NCBI GenBank assembly: GCA_963662405.2
Contig: CAXXKT010000001.1
Coordinates: 2,240,001-2,304,000, forward strand
DNA length: 64,000 bases
Origin: Syntrophales bacterium
Lineage (GTDB): Bacteria > Desulfobacterota > Syntrophia > Syntrophales > UBA2210
Direction: 5' to 3'
The notes beneath the pieces are model-generated. The model was not told the DNA's origin, searched no databases, and was given only the letters and a program-made list of their open reading frames with translations. Of the stretch, positions 40,102 to 50,763 are shown piece by piece (positions within the stretch are counted from its first letter, which is position 1; the number at the start of each line of letters is the position of its first letter). The position numbers were made by a program, and so were the translations under genes.

Positions 40102-41658
40102 ATGCCCTTTGAAAAACAGATGGAAGAGCTGGAGCGCCGACGTAAAAAGGCCCTGATGATGGGGGGCGAAAAGAAGATCAAGAAACAGCACGATGAGGGT
40201 AAGTATACGGCCCGGGAGCGGATCGATACGCTGATTGATCCGGGCTCATTCTCCGAGGTCGGAATGTTCAATCACTCCGACATGCCGGGGATGGAGGAGA
40301 AGAGCCCCGCCGACAGCAAGGTCGGGGGATATGGCCAGGTCAACGGGCGCCCCGTCGGCATACTCGCCGCGGATTTCACCGTTCTGGGTGCCACATCGAG
40401 CCGCATCGCCGCGCGGAAGGAAGGCGATATCAGGGATATGGCGGATCGCCATGGCTTCCCCTTTATCTATCTGGGTGAGGCCGGGGGGGCGCGCATGCCC
40501 GACATCATGGGATCGGCCGGTCTGGCATCCTACGGAGGCGGACGCCGGGATTCCTTTATCGAGCATATGAGCCGGGTGCGAAAGACCCCCATGGTGATGG
40601 CCGTTCTGGGCAGGTGCTATGGAGAACCGACGTGGATGGCCTGCCTCGCCGATTTTGTGGTGATGGTGAAAGGGACGGCGATGGGGGTGTCGGGTCCGCG
40701 GATCGTATCGATAGCCTTGGGAGAAAATATCACCGACGAGGAACTGGGGGGATGGGAGCTTCATTCCAAGGTAACGGGGATGGCCGACCGGGTGACGGAG
40801 AATGAAGATGAGTGTTTCCAGGTCATCAGGGATTATCTGAGCTATATGCCCGCCCACAACGAAGAGCTGCCACCGCTTGCGCCGGTCCCGGAGGGATCGG
40901 GAGAGAATATGGGGGATATCCTCAACCTCCTCCCTGAAAAGCGGAACCGGACCTACGACATGAACCGGATCTTGGAATGTGTCATGGACAAGGGGAGCCT
41001 CTTCCCGATCAAACCCCTCTTCGGGAGGACGGTGATCACCTCGTTGGCGCGGATTGAGGGAAAGGTGGTCGGTATCGTGGCCAATCAGCCGCAGTTCAAC
41101 GCCGGCGCCATGGACACGGACGGAATCGAGAAGGTGATGAGCTTTCTCTGCCTGTGCGATTCCTTCAATATACCCTTGGTCTTCTTCGAAGATATACCGG
41201 GGTTTCTGGTGGGGCGCGAGGCGGAACGCAAACGGGTCGGGGCGCACGTCATGAATTTCATGAACGCCCTGGGACTCCTCACCGTCCCCAAGATTACCGT
41301 TATCGTGCGGAAGGCCTACGGGATGGCCTACTGGAACATGTGCGGTTCCGGGAGCGGGGCCGATTCGATCGTTGCCTGGCCGTCGGCCGAGATGAGCTTT
41401 GTCGATCCGGTCATTGCCGCGAACGTGGTCTTCGGAGCGAGCCCGGCAAAAAGCCCGGAAGAGCAGGAGGAACGCATAGCAAAAATGGCCGAAGGGACAG
41501 AGCCATATGGCGCCGCGGGACTGCACTTTATTCATGATGTGATCGACCCCCGTGAGACACGAAACCACATCATCAAGGTCCTGCGGCAGACCCAGGACCT
41601 GTCGAAGACAAAAGGAATCAGCGAGCATCGGCTCGCCAATTGGCCCACGAAGTTTTAA
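40102..41658 (+). CDS. Acyl-CoA carboxylase/decarboxylase carboxyltransferase subunit
   Basis: TARERID, GGARMPD, GIVANQP, DIPGFLVG, RKAYG, IDPRETR. Confidence 0.9.
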   Translation: MPFEKQMEELERRRKKALMMGGEKKIKKQHDEGKYTARERIDTLIDPGSFSEVGMFNHSDMPGMEEKSPADSKVGGYGQVNGRPVGILAADFTVLGATSSRIAARKEGDIRDMADRHGFPFIYLGEAGGARMPDIMGSAGLASYGGGRRDSFIEHMSRVRKTPMVMAVLGRCYGEPTWMACLADFVVMVKGTAMGVSGPRIVSIALGENITDEELGGWELHSKVTGMADRVTENEDECFQVIRDYLSYMPAHNEELPPLAPVPEGSGENMGDILNLLPEKRNRTYDMNRILECVMDKGSLFPIKPLFGRTVITSLARIEGKVVGIVANQPQFNAGAMDTDGIEKVMSFLCLCDSFNIPLVFFEDIPGFLVGREAERKRVGAHVMNFMNALGLLTVPKITVIVRKAYGMAYWNMCGSGSGADSIVAWPSAEMSFVDPVIAANVVFGASPAKSPEEQEERIAKMAEGTEPYGAAGLHFIHDVIDPRETRNHIIKVLRQTQDLSKTKGISEHRLANWPTKF

Positions 41659-41678
41659 CCTCTTTTGCTTTGCCACTC

Positions 41679-41712
41679 GTGCCCCCTCTTCCTTCTGAAG
41701 GAAAGGGGGCAC
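41679..41712. terminator. GC-rich hairpin at the end of the operon
   Basis: GTGCCCCCTCTTCCTTC-t-GAAGGAAAGGGGGCAC; no clear U-tract. Confidence 0.45.
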
Positions 41713-41885
41713 CCCCATCCATATTTGTTCCAACAGTTGACAATCCCCTCCCGACGGTGTAGGAATCTGCTCTCTACACGAAGAAAACCCGAAAAGAGAA
41801 CGGGATGTTCTGGCCAAAGTACCATCTGTTGTGATTCATCAATCTGCCTGGAGTTGCGTGGGGAAGCTTTCGTCCGGAGGTGTGA

Positions 41886-44800
41886 ATGAGTGCGAAGAGA
41901 TACTGGTCTGAAGCGGCAATCCGTCAATATCGGGAGACGTTGTCTCCGGCGGCCTTGTTTGATGGTGAGTTTAATATCGACTGGCTTCAGGATCTGACTG
42001 GGGGGAAGGCGTCGGAAATCTTTGCCGCCTTGAAATTTGGTATTACCAAAGGGTGGTTGTCCAGCCAGGATTTCCTCAGATTCTCCTTTATAGATCACAT
42101 CGAACAGCAGGCACTGCAGGATACCCTTTCTCTTGACAAGAAAAAGGCATTGCACCGGAAGATTGCCGACCTTTTACTTCAGCATGCTCCCGATGGGATC
42201 GACGCCAAACAGAGATTGGCCCGGCATCTCCTGTTCGTTTCCAACGATCTCGACGGCTGTCGCCTCCTGATCGAGATAGGCGATTTCCATCGCAAAAAAT
42301 TCCGGGACGATGAGGCACGTCTCTACTATGCTAAGGCTATCGATGATCTCAGAGGGCACAAAGGGGAAGAAAAAAATCGTTTCTTCGTCGAAGCGGCACT
42401 TCAGTATGCCAAGGTCTCCGCAGACAATACGGATCCGAACCAGGTAATATCGATCATAAAAGAGGCGATCCGCCGAGCACACATATGTGGATATGGGAAT
42501 TATGTGGGTTTTTTAGAAATGCACCTGGGCAAGAGCGAATGGCTTCGCTCCCGATATCAACCCGCCCTGCGCCATTTTAAAAAAGGATGGGCGCTGACCC
42601 GTGAGATAGATGATCCCATAACGCAGAGATCGGCCCTGATTTTGGGTCTTTTCTTTCACTACTGGTCGGGAAACTATCGGGAAGCGGTACAAACCTACGA
42701 AACCTTCGTTCCGGATGTAGAACACACATTTCCCAAAGAGAGCATGCCCCTGCTGGCCGCCCTTACCGCAGGGGCATGCCTGGGGCATACCGGTCTGTAT
42801 TCTCAGGCCCTGGGGATGCTCCATGCCATCCGGGAACATAGCCGGAATATTGGGAACCTTTCAATTGCTGGCCTGGCGGGGGTCACGATGGGCCATCTGC
42901 TGCTGGAACTGCACCGTCCGCAGGACTCCATACAGCACATAGAGGCGTCGCTGGATGAGGCAGTCAAAAGTCGGAGCATCTATGCCCAAATCGGGGGATT
43001 GGGACTCCTATCCTATGCGTATCACCTCATTGGTGATGACGTGAGGGCCGTCTCCGCCTTATGTGAATTTCTCGAGCTGAGTAAGCGGGGGCGAATGACG
43101 GTGAAGTATACGGCCTTGTGGCTGTGGATTTGCTGGGCCGTGGAAGAGGGGCGGTTGCCTCGGGTAGAAGAGTTTTCCATGAAAGAGGAGATTGATTATT
43201 CGATTCGGAGTGGGAATCTTCTTATGAAGGGCGTTGCCTATCGCTACCGTGCGCTCATGGGTAGAAAGGAAGGCCTGCCCGGTAAAAATATCATCCAGGA
43301 TCTGAAAAGATCCATTTCCTCTCTTCAGACCTCCGGTCACCAGATTGAACTCGCTCAATCAAAAATGGAATTGGCCCGGGAGTATCTTCGGGTCGGCAAT
43401 GAAAAAAGGGCGGTGGAATGGGCCACACCTGCCGTTGAAACCTTGTGTTCCATCAATGAAGCACTGGTACCTGATGATATGCGACCTCTGGTCAAGGATC
43501 TGCGGTACGGTGAGAATCTTCTTGATGAGATCCTGCAGTTGAGCCGGGAGTTAACGACGATCAGGGACTATAAAGAGCTGCCGCGGCGCATTATCTCTAC
43601 GATCAACCGCCTTACCGGTGCCGAACGAGGAGCCATCTTTCTCCTCGAGGATCAGAATCCCGATAAGATTGTTCTTCGGGCCGCGAAGAATCTCATGTCG
43701 GAAGACATTACGATGCCCAGTTTTGATGCGCCTATGAGACTGATCAAAATGACGGCGAAAACAGGAGAGGGGCGCGTCATGGATCTGGACATACAGGAAC
43801 AGCCCGGATCATCTGAGACAAATGCTATTCGCTCGTGTATCTGTGTCCCCATGACCATTCGAAACAGGGTGGGGGGTGTCCTCTACCACGATAACCGCCT
43901 GTTCCGGAGTGCCTTCAAGGAATCAGACTTGAAAGTGCTGGACTATTTCGCCGCTCAGGCCGCTATCGCCATAGACAACGCTCAGGCCTGGACGACCCTC
44001 AATGAACTGTATGAGAAACAACGGCTGGAAAAGCAGTATTATGAGCAAGAATACCTGGAGACCATTCACTTCGAGGATTTTGTGGGAAAGAGCCCCTCGA
44101 TTATTAAGGTCTTCAACCAGGTGGAGCAGGTATCAGAAACCGATGCCACGGTTTTGATATTAGGGGAAACGGGGGTCGGAAAGGAGCTCGTGGCCCGGTC
44201 AATCCACCGAAATAGCCCCCGCAGCCAAAAGCCCTTTATACGGGTTCAATGCAGTGCACTCCCCGAGGCGCTGATCTCAACCGAACTCTTCGGCCATGAG
44301 AAGGGGGCTTTCACCGGGGCGACAACACGGCATATCGGACGGTTCGAACTGGCAAACGGAGGCACCATATTCCTCGATGAAATTGGCGATATATCGATGG
44401 ACGTTCAGGCGAGGCTGCTTCGGGTCTTGCAGACCAAAGAGTTTGAGCGGGTGGGAGGGCACGAAACCTTGCAGTCTGATTTCCGCCTCCTCGCAGCGAC
44501 GAATCGAGATCTGCAACGGGAAGTGGAGCGGGGCCATTTTCGACAGGATCTGTACTATCGGCTCAATGTTTTCCCCATCGATGTTCCGCGTCTCAGGGAC
44601 CGGGAAGGAGATATCCCGCTTTTGGCCCATTATTTCTTGAGGCTCTACGCCGGTAAATTCAATAAATCCCTTGAAAGCATCCCGGAAGAAGAAATGAAGA
44701 AACTTTTGGCGTATAATTGGCCGGGAAATGTGAGAGAATTGGAGAACGTTATCGAACGGGGTGTCATCCTGAGCAGGGGACCGTATTACAAGGTACCGGA

Positions 44801-45035
44801 GTTGGAGGGTACTCGTTCCCTGCCGCCTGAGCGGACCGCTGTGAGCCTGCGGGAGAATGAACGGGATCACATTATTCGTGTATTGCAAAGGACGGGAGGG
44901 AAGGTGACGGGAATGGGGGGTGCAGCAGATATTCTTGACATCCATCCCAACACTCTTTTTTCAAGGATGAAAAAACTGGGCATTCACCGGCGGGCGCACT
45001 ATATCTCAAAGACAGACATGAATGCCCGGCATTAA
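41886..45035 (+). CDS. Sigma-54 enhancer-binding protein with helical-repeat N-terminus, GAF, AAA+ and HTH domains
   Basis: [39 protein letters not shown] segment AERGAIFL...RSCICVP. Confidence 0.93.
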   Translation: MSAKRYWSEAAIRQYRETLSPAALFDGEFNIDWLQDLTGGKASEIFAALKFGITKGWLSSQDFLRFSFIDHIEQQALQDTLSLDKKKALHRKIADLLLQHAPDGIDAKQRLARHLLFVSNDLDGCRLLIEIGDFHRKKFRDDEARLYYAKAIDDLRGHKGEEKNRFFVEAALQYAKVSADNTDPNQVISIIKEAIRRAHICGYGNYVGFLEMHLGKSEWLRSRYQPALRHFKKGWALTREIDDPITQRSALILGLFFHYWSGNYREAVQTYETFVPDVEHTFPKESMPLLAALTAGACLGHTGLYSQALGMLHAIREHSRNIGNLSIAGLAGVTMGHLLLELHRPQDSIQHIEASLDEAVKSRSIYAQIGGLGLLSYAYHLIGDDVRAVSALCEFLELSKRGRMTVKYTALWLWICWAVEEGRLPRVEEFSMKEEIDYSIRSGNLLMKGVAYRYRALMGRKEGLPGKNIIQDLKRSISSLQTSGHQIELAQSKMELAREYLRVGNEKRAVEWATPAVETLCSINEALVPDDMRPLVKDLRYGENLLDEILQLSRELTTIRDYKELPRRIISTINRLTGAERGAIFLLEDQNPDKIVLRAAKNLMSEDITMPSFDAPMRLIKMTAKTGEGRVMDLDIQEQPGSSETNAIRSCICVPMTIRNRVGGVLYHDNRLFRSAFKESDLKVLDYFAAQAAIAIDNAQAWTTLNELYEKQRLEKQYYEQEYLETIHFEDFVGKSPSIIKVFNQVEQVSETDATVLILGETGVGKELVARSIHRNSPRSQKPFIRVQCSALPEALISTELFGHEKGAFTGATTRHIGRFELANGGTIFLDEIGDISMDVQARLLRVLQTKEFERVGGHETLQSDFRLLAATNRDLQREVERGHFRQDLYYRLNVFPIDVPRLRDREGDIPLLAHYFLRLYAGKFNKSLESIPEEEMKKLLAYNWPGNVRELENVIERGVILSRGPYYKVPELEGTRSLPPERTAVSLRENERDHIIRVLQRTGGKVTGMGGAADILDIHPNTLFSRMKKLGIHRRAHYISKTDMNARH

Positions 45036-45110
45036 TACAGGCAATAGAAAACGGTGAATCATCCCTGAATGGGGGATACCCGTCAAACAGAGAACGGAAA
45101 GGAGCGAATC

Positions 45111-45908
45111 ATGGATTTATCGTTGTTTTCACTGGAAGGAAAGGTAGCGCTCATCACAGGCGGGAGTCGTGGTATCGGACGCGCCTGTGCCCTTGCCCTC
45201 GCCGATGCGGGGGCCACGGTCGTGGTCAGCAGTCGGAAGATTGAAGGGCTCGAACCGGTGGTGGATGAGATCCGCGCGAGAGGCGGCAGGGGGATGGCCA
45301 TTGCGTCTCATGTCGCAAAAACGGAGGACTCGAAGGTTCTCATCGAAAAGATTATGAAAGAATTCGGTCGGCTTGATGTCCTCATGAACAACGCCGGGAC
45401 CAACCCGTACTACGGTTCCCTCATGGAGCAGGATGAAAAGACCTGGGATGTCACGATGAATGTCAACCTGAAAGGGCTCTTCTTCCTCAGTCAGATGGCG
45501 GCGCGGGTCATGAAGGAGCGGGGCGGCGGATCGATCATCAACACCTCCTCAATCGGGGGATTGATCCCCGGAGAACTGGGAGTCTACTGCGTCACAAAGG
45601 CCGCCGTCATCATGCTGACCGAGGTGATGGCCAAGGAGTGGGGGCAGCACAATATCCGGGTCAACGCCATTGCCCCGGGGGTGATCAAGACGCGCCTCAG
45701 CGAGGCCCTGTGGAAGGACCCGGCGGTGGGGGCGCAGGTGGAGCGAAATATGCCCCTCATGCGTCTCGGTGAGCCGGAAGAGCTTGCCGGCGCCGTTCTT
45801 TTGCTGGCGTCCGATGCGGGAAGCTACATAACGGGGGAGACGATTGTGGTCGATGGGGGGCGTATCTATGGAGAGCCGGCGCATCTGGAGAAAAAAGAGA
45901 GCCGTTAA
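45111..45908 (+). CDS. SDR oxidoreductase (DHRS4-like)
   Basis: TGGSRGIG, NNAGTNP, YCVTK, NAIAPG. Confidence 0.9.
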   Translation: MDLSLFSLEGKVALITGGSRGIGRACALALADAGATVVVSSRKIEGLEPVVDEIRARGGRGMAIASHVAKTEDSKVLIEKIMKEFGRLDVLMNNAGTNPYYGSLMEQDEKTWDVTMNVNLKGLFFLSQMAARVMKERGGGSIINTSSIGGLIPGELGVYCVTKAAVIMLTEVMAKEWGQHNIRVNAIAPGVIKTRLSEALWKDPAVGAQVERNMPLMRLGEPEELAGAVLLLASDAGSYITGETIVVDGGRIYGEPAHLEKKESR

Positions 45909-45975
45909 GGGGAGTCTTTCCTCAAATATTGCATTGATACAGGGGATGGAAACTTTATAGAGGAGACTGAAAGGA

Positions 45976-47412
45976 ATGGGAACACAGAAGGATTGGGAGG
46001 CTATTTTTGACCCCAAGACGGTTGCGGTCGTCGGGGCCCCCCGTAGGAGACCCCCGGGATGGCCGGGGATATTCGGAAGCCTCCGTGATTACGGGTATCA
46101 GGGGAGACTCTACCCCATCAACCCGAGTGCCCCGGAGGTTGAAGGGATCAAGAGCTATCCCGATCTCGTGTCGGTCCCGGAGCCGGTCGACCTGGTGATC
46201 ATCTCCGTTCCAGCCCCGGCGGTCCCTGCGGCCCTCAGGGACTGTATCGCCTCGGGAAACCGGAACGTGCACATCTTTACCGCCGGGTTCAAGGAAACCG
46301 GTGAGGAGGAGGGGATGCGGCTCCACGGGGAGATCGAGTCAATCGCCCGCGATGGGGGACTTCACGTTATCGGCCCCAACTGCATGGGGGTGTTCGTTCC
46401 CAGCCGGCGGCTCGTGACCTGGATCGGAGCGCCCGAAAAGAGCGGTCCCGTGGCCTTTGTCAGCCAGAGCGGCGGCCACGCCCAGGATTTTACTAATTTC
46501 TCCGCCCGGCTGGGGATCGGTTTCAGCAAGGTGATCAGCTTCGGCAATGCCCTGACCCTGGACAGCCCGGATTTTCTTGAATACCTTGCGGATGATCCCG
46601 ATACGGAGATCATCACCATGTACCTGGAGGGAGTCAAAGACGGTCGCCGGCTCATCGAACAGGTGTCCCGGATCAATCCGATTAAACCGGTTATCATCCT
46701 GAAGGCCGGGTTGACGGAGGCGGGGACCAAGGCGGTGGCTTCTCACACGGGTTCGATGGCGGGAGGGGGACAGATCTGGGACGCCTTCTTCAAAGAAACA
46801 GGTGCCATACGGGCCCATTCGCTCGAAGATATGGCCTTTCTCGCCCTCGCCTTTCGGCACTTGAAGACGACGCGGGGTTCCCGTGTGGCCGTTATCGGTC
46901 ACGGGGGCGGTATCGCCGTTTCCGCGGCGGACGCCTGCAGCAACGCGGGGCTTGAAATGCCCCCCTTCAGTCGGGCGACGGAGCAGGCCCTGCGGGCCTT
47001 TATACCGGCTGGGGGAAATATTATCAAAAATCCGATCGACGCCATGCCGATCTTCCGCGACTTGGAGATCTTTCGGGCAATGATCGACGTGGTATCCTCC
47101 GAGCCCCAGATCGATATGCTCATCGTTTCGCTTTCCCTCGACTGGCTCTACAATGTCGACAAGGGACAGCAGATACAGAAGGTGACCGACTACCTTGCCG
47201 GTCCGGTTGCGGAGCGACTCCACGGAAAACCTCTTGTCGCCAGTTGGAGGACCTACCGGAACGACCCGGCGATACGGGAGGTGGGGTGCCGGCTCGAAAA
47301 GCAACTCCTCGAATCGGGAATCCCCGTCTACCGTGGGTTCGAACAGGCATCGATGACCCTTGCCCGGTGGGCGTGCTATCACCGGTTCCTGCATGGGCGA
47401 GGACTGAAGTGA
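45976..47412 (+). CDS. Acyl-CoA synthetase (NDP-forming) alpha-type subunit (CoA-binding + ligase domains)
   Basis: GPNCMG, SQSGG, YLEG, ASHTGSMAG (phospho-His); no ATP-grasp domain. Confidence 0.85.
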   Translation: MGTQKDWEAIFDPKTVAVVGAPRRRPPGWPGIFGSLRDYGYQGRLYPINPSAPEVEGIKSYPDLVSVPEPVDLVIISVPAPAVPAALRDCIASGNRNVHIFTAGFKETGEEEGMRLHGEIESIARDGGLHVIGPNCMGVFVPSRRLVTWIGAPEKSGPVAFVSQSGGHAQDFTNFSARLGIGFSKVISFGNALTLDSPDFLEYLADDPDTEIITMYLEGVKDGRRLIEQVSRINPIKPVIILKAGLTEAGTKAVASHTGSMAGGGQIWDAFFKETGAIRAHSLEDMAFLALAFRHLKTTRGSRVAVIGHGGGIAVSAADACSNAGLEMPPFSRATEQALRAFIPAGGNIIKNPIDAMPIFRDLEIFRAMIDVVSSEPQIDMLIVSLSLDWLYNVDKGQQIQKVTDYLAGPVAERLHGKPLVASWRTYRNDPAIREVGCRLEKQLLESGIPVYRGFEQASMTLARWACYHRFLHGRGLK

Positions 47413-47599
47413 CCCCTCTGTTGTGCCGTATCCACCCGCAATTATTCGCGGCAATTACCCCCTCTTATCCTGTATCCTGCCGGACAACAAGACCGGTTGA
47501 CTTGGAACACGAAAAGCAGTATCGTCGGTGCCGGAAGAACAATGGGTACTGGACGGGCCTATGGGTCTGTGTGCCATTCGATTTTGAGAGATCGGGTCA

Positions 47600-48559
47600 G
47601 TGATGAGGGATGAAGAGAAGGACAGTGACCAGCTGGTGAGCGAAGCAACAGCCCTCCGCCGACGGGTCCGAGAACTCGAGCGAGCGTCGCATCATGAAGA
47701 CCTGCAGGCCAGGAAGGAATTGCAATCGAGCGAGGACAAGTATCGTATTATCCTTGAAAACATAGAAGAGGCCTATTTTGAGCTCGATCTTGCCGGAAAT
47801 TTCACCTTTTTCAATACAGCGACAGTGGAGATGCTGGGATACTCGGCGGAAGAATTGGCGAAAATGAATTACCGGGACTATGTCCTGCCGGAGACAACCA
47901 TACGCCTCTTCAAGATATTCAACAAGATATATCGAACGGGAGAGCCTGCCGATATCTTCGATTACAAGGTTATCAGGAAGGATGGGACTTACCGATTTCG
48001 TGAGATGTCCGCGTCCTTGATCCGTGGGCCCGATTGTGATCCGATCGGCTTCAGATGTCTGGCGCGGGATGTGACCAAGCGAAAACAGGCGGAAGAGGAG
48101 TTGAAAAAGAAGGAAGCGGAGCTTGAGAGAAAATCCGCTTCCCTTGTTGAATCCAACGCGGCCCTGAGGGTCCTGTTGAAACAGAGGGAAGAGGATAAGG
48201 TGGAGTTTGAAAGAAACGTGATATCAAACGTAAGAGAAATTGTTGCCCCTTACATTGAAGAATTAAAGAAAAGTCAGTTGACCGCTAATCAAAGTGTGTG
48301 TATTGAAACCGTCGAAGCTAACTTGCAGAACATCATTTCACCCTTCTTACGCAATATCACGTTAAGACAATTTAATCTAACCCCGAAAGAATTTCAGGTA
48401 GCCAACCTTGTCAAAGAAGGCAGGACTACGAAGGAAATAGCAGATTTCTTAAATATTTCCCCTGGGGCGATTGATTTTCACAGAAACAACATCAGGAAAA
48501 AATTGGGTCTAAACAACAAAAAAAGCAATCTCAGATCCTATCTGTTGTCACTATCGTGA
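47600..48559 (+). CDS. PAS + LuxR-HTH transcriptional regulator
   Basis: PAS segment (GNFTFFN...RKDG...RDVT); [22 protein letters not shown]...[10 protein letters not shown]. Confidence 0.9.
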   Translation: MMRDEEKDSDQLVSEATALRRRVRELERASHHEDLQARKELQSSEDKYRIILENIEEAYFELDLAGNFTFFNTATVEMLGYSAEELAKMNYRDYVLPETTIRLFKIFNKIYRTGEPADIFDYKVIRKDGTYRFREMSASLIRGPDCDPIGFRCLARDVTKRKQAEEELKKKEAELERKSASLVESNAALRVLLKQREEDKVEFERNVISNVREIVAPYIEELKKSQLTANQSVCIETVEANLQNIISPFLRNITLRQFNLTPKEFQVANLVKEGRTTKEIADFLNISPGAIDFHRNNIRKKLGLNNKKSNLRSYLLSLS

Positions 48560-48859
48560 TTAATCCCCAGCGGGAATTTCCCGTCCGTCCGTAAGGGTTT
48601 GGAGATTCATTACCAGTCTTTCCCTCATATATTCCTAGTAATTAATTCGTATTGAAAAAAGCACTCCATCCTGTCATGAGTACCCTGCTTTGCGATGTAT
48701 CCCCTTCAGTAACGGGCGGGGTGAGTGTATGGTAACTGGTTAATATTGAAGATGAAATAGATCGTTTAACAAGAGTCGAACCGGAGCGGCTAGCTGAGTG
48801 GGTCAAGCAGGGATGATTCTTAAACATTTTCAAAATACGATCACAGCCGTTGCCAAGCT

Positions 48860-49300
48860 ATCCGTAACGGCCATATGCGAAACGGATCCTGTAGATTTAA
48901 GATTACGAGTATTGGCGGCAAGCAGCTTGCCTAGGCATCATCTGCACTCATCTGTTACACCCGAACCAAACAATGCCGTAAAATTTACTTCAAACGCTCC
49001 ACCAAACATGACTTTCCCGTGGCGGCTTTTCCCTTGGCTCGCACTCGGGGACCGCTTAAAAACCAGCCTCCACAAAATGTTTTTTGGGGTATTCCATTCT
49101 CCGACTGGTCACCCCAAGCGCTATCACAACATCCGAAACATCCCATGCCGGACCATCCACGCCTGTGTTGTGCGGCAGCAAAGGGCTGGCATGGGTAAAT
49201 CTCCTGACGTTGGTCGACGACGTATCATAGCCTTAAGCTTTGTGCGCTCCTCCTTAGTCAGTGTTACTCGATATCTCGGCGAGATGGCAACCGTTTTCAT
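48860..49300 (-). pseudogene. Degenerate IS630-family transposase, N-terminal part
   Basis: Across frameshifts and stops: SPRYRVTLTKEER / ALGVTSRRMEYPKKHFVEAGF*AVPECEPREKPP / FGGAFE...KLLAA...VSHMAV. Confidence 0.7.
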
Positions 49301-49427
49301 TGAGTTGTCTCCAAACGCATCTCCTATAAATACGAAAGATACCAAGTCACATGGTATCAGGGTTCCGAGCGACCTTTATGCACAAAGCGTCAGAAGACGC
49401 TAATAATAAGATTGGGAGGTTTGTATT

Positions 49428-50471
49428 GTGAAGAAGTTTCTGATGTTTTCGGTTGTAGTATTGGTTGTTTTTTTTGCATGTACAATTGTTGTAACGGACG
49501 TTTCTTTTGCTGAAGACAAACCCATAAAATGGAGATGTCAGACCCATTGGCCGCCGTCCAGTTCGGCCTATAAACCGGGTGCTGTGTGGATGGCCAATGA
49601 GATTAAAAAACGTACAAATGGTCGCCTTATCATCGAGTTATATACTGAAGGCCAGTTGGTACCTTCCAAAGATATCTTTTCAGCGGTTAAAAGAGGAATG
49701 ATTGAGGTTGGTGTTACCCCTCCTCAATACTATGCTGGTAAAGTTCCTCTGGCAAAGGTCGCATCCGGTCTTCCCTTCAATTTCATGTCGACATGGGAAT
49801 GCGCCTATTTCTATAAATGGATGGGGTTTGAAGATATGATGCGTGAAGCGCTGGCGAAACATGGTCTTTTCTATGCGACGGAAAAGGTTTATGCAGGCCA
49901 GCTTGTGACGAAAAACCCCATAAGATCCTTAGCAGATTTTAAAGGGACCAAAATCAGGGTGACCGGGATAACCGCTCAATACCTCGCCGCGATTGGGGGA
50001 TCAAGCGTATATATGCCTGGTGGGGAAACTTATTCCGCGCTGGCATCAGGTGTGGTTGACGGTGCCCACTGGGGAGACATGACGGGTGCGGAGAGCATGG
50101 GATTTTTTGAGATTTGCAAGAGTCTTCTTTGGACAGGTATAAACGTGACCGGGCTCGAGACGTGGCTCATAAATCAGAAAGCCCTTGATAAGCTCCCAAA
50201 AGATATACAACAGATTCTTTTTGCCCTCTTTGAAGAGCATTTTTGGAAAAGCACCAACGAGCACGAGTGGGCATTGCAACATTTCCTTCCAATATACCAG
50301 AAAAAATATGGTTTAGAGGTTACCCATATACCCCCCGAGGAGTATGCCAAACTGCAAGCAGCGGCAATGCCTCTCTGGAAAGAGGTGGCTGATCTGAGCC
50401 CTGAATGTGCGAAGGGTGTTGAGATGATAATAGAACTCAATAAGTCATTAGGACGGTTGCAACAATATTAA
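49428..50471 (+). CDS. dctP: TRAP transporter substrate-binding protein
   Basis: Signal peptide; TNGRLIIE; FKGTKIRV; YSALASGVVDG. Confidence 0.9.
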   Translation: MKKFLMFSVVVLVVFFACTIVVTDVSFAEDKPIKWRCQTHWPPSSSAYKPGAVWMANEIKKRTNGRLIIELYTEGQLVPSKDIFSAVKRGMIEVGVTPPQYYAGKVPLAKVASGLPFNFMSTWECAYFYKWMGFEDMMREALAKHGLFYATEKVYAGQLVTKNPIRSLADFKGTKIRVTGITAQYLAAIGGSSVYMPGGETYSALASGVVDGAHWGDMTGAESMGFFEICKSLLWTGINVTGLETWLINQKALDKLPKDIQQILFALFEEHFWKSTNEHEWALQHFLPIYQKKYGLEVTHIPPEEYAKLQAAAMPLWKEVADLSPECAKGVEMIIELNKSLGRLQQY

Positions 50472-50490
50472 TGTCACCCTCGGGGATGGT

Positions 50491-50638
50491 TGAAATCCCT
50501 CGCCTTTAGGCGAAGAGAAGTTTCGCGAAATCCCGTAGGGATAAGCGTTTATAATTGTTTTACTAAAGCAGCCGTTTATTGGTCGAATTCATTCGACGCG
50601 GCTGCTGAACCCCTCGACTTGTAGTCGAGGGTAGTTCA
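50491..50638 (+). mobile_element. Miniature non-autonomous IS200/IS605-like element (left- and right-end hairpins only)
   Basis: TGAAATCCCTCGCCTTTAGGCGAAGAGAAG ... GAACCCCTCGACT-tgt-AGTCGAGGGTAGTTCA. Confidence 0.55.
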
Positions 50639-50763
50639 GTGGCCCTTCGCTTGGCAAAAGACAGAATAAGACAATAAACAATAGTGAGATGGCTCGGGAT
50701 CCGGCAAACTCTAGCAGGATGTTGGACCGAGTCATCTCATCTTGAGACGCCAGGGGGAATAGT

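Noticed and set aside
48798..49403. 201-aa plus-strand ORF
   Set aside because: It is antisense to the degenerate IS630 transposase and has no protein motifs.
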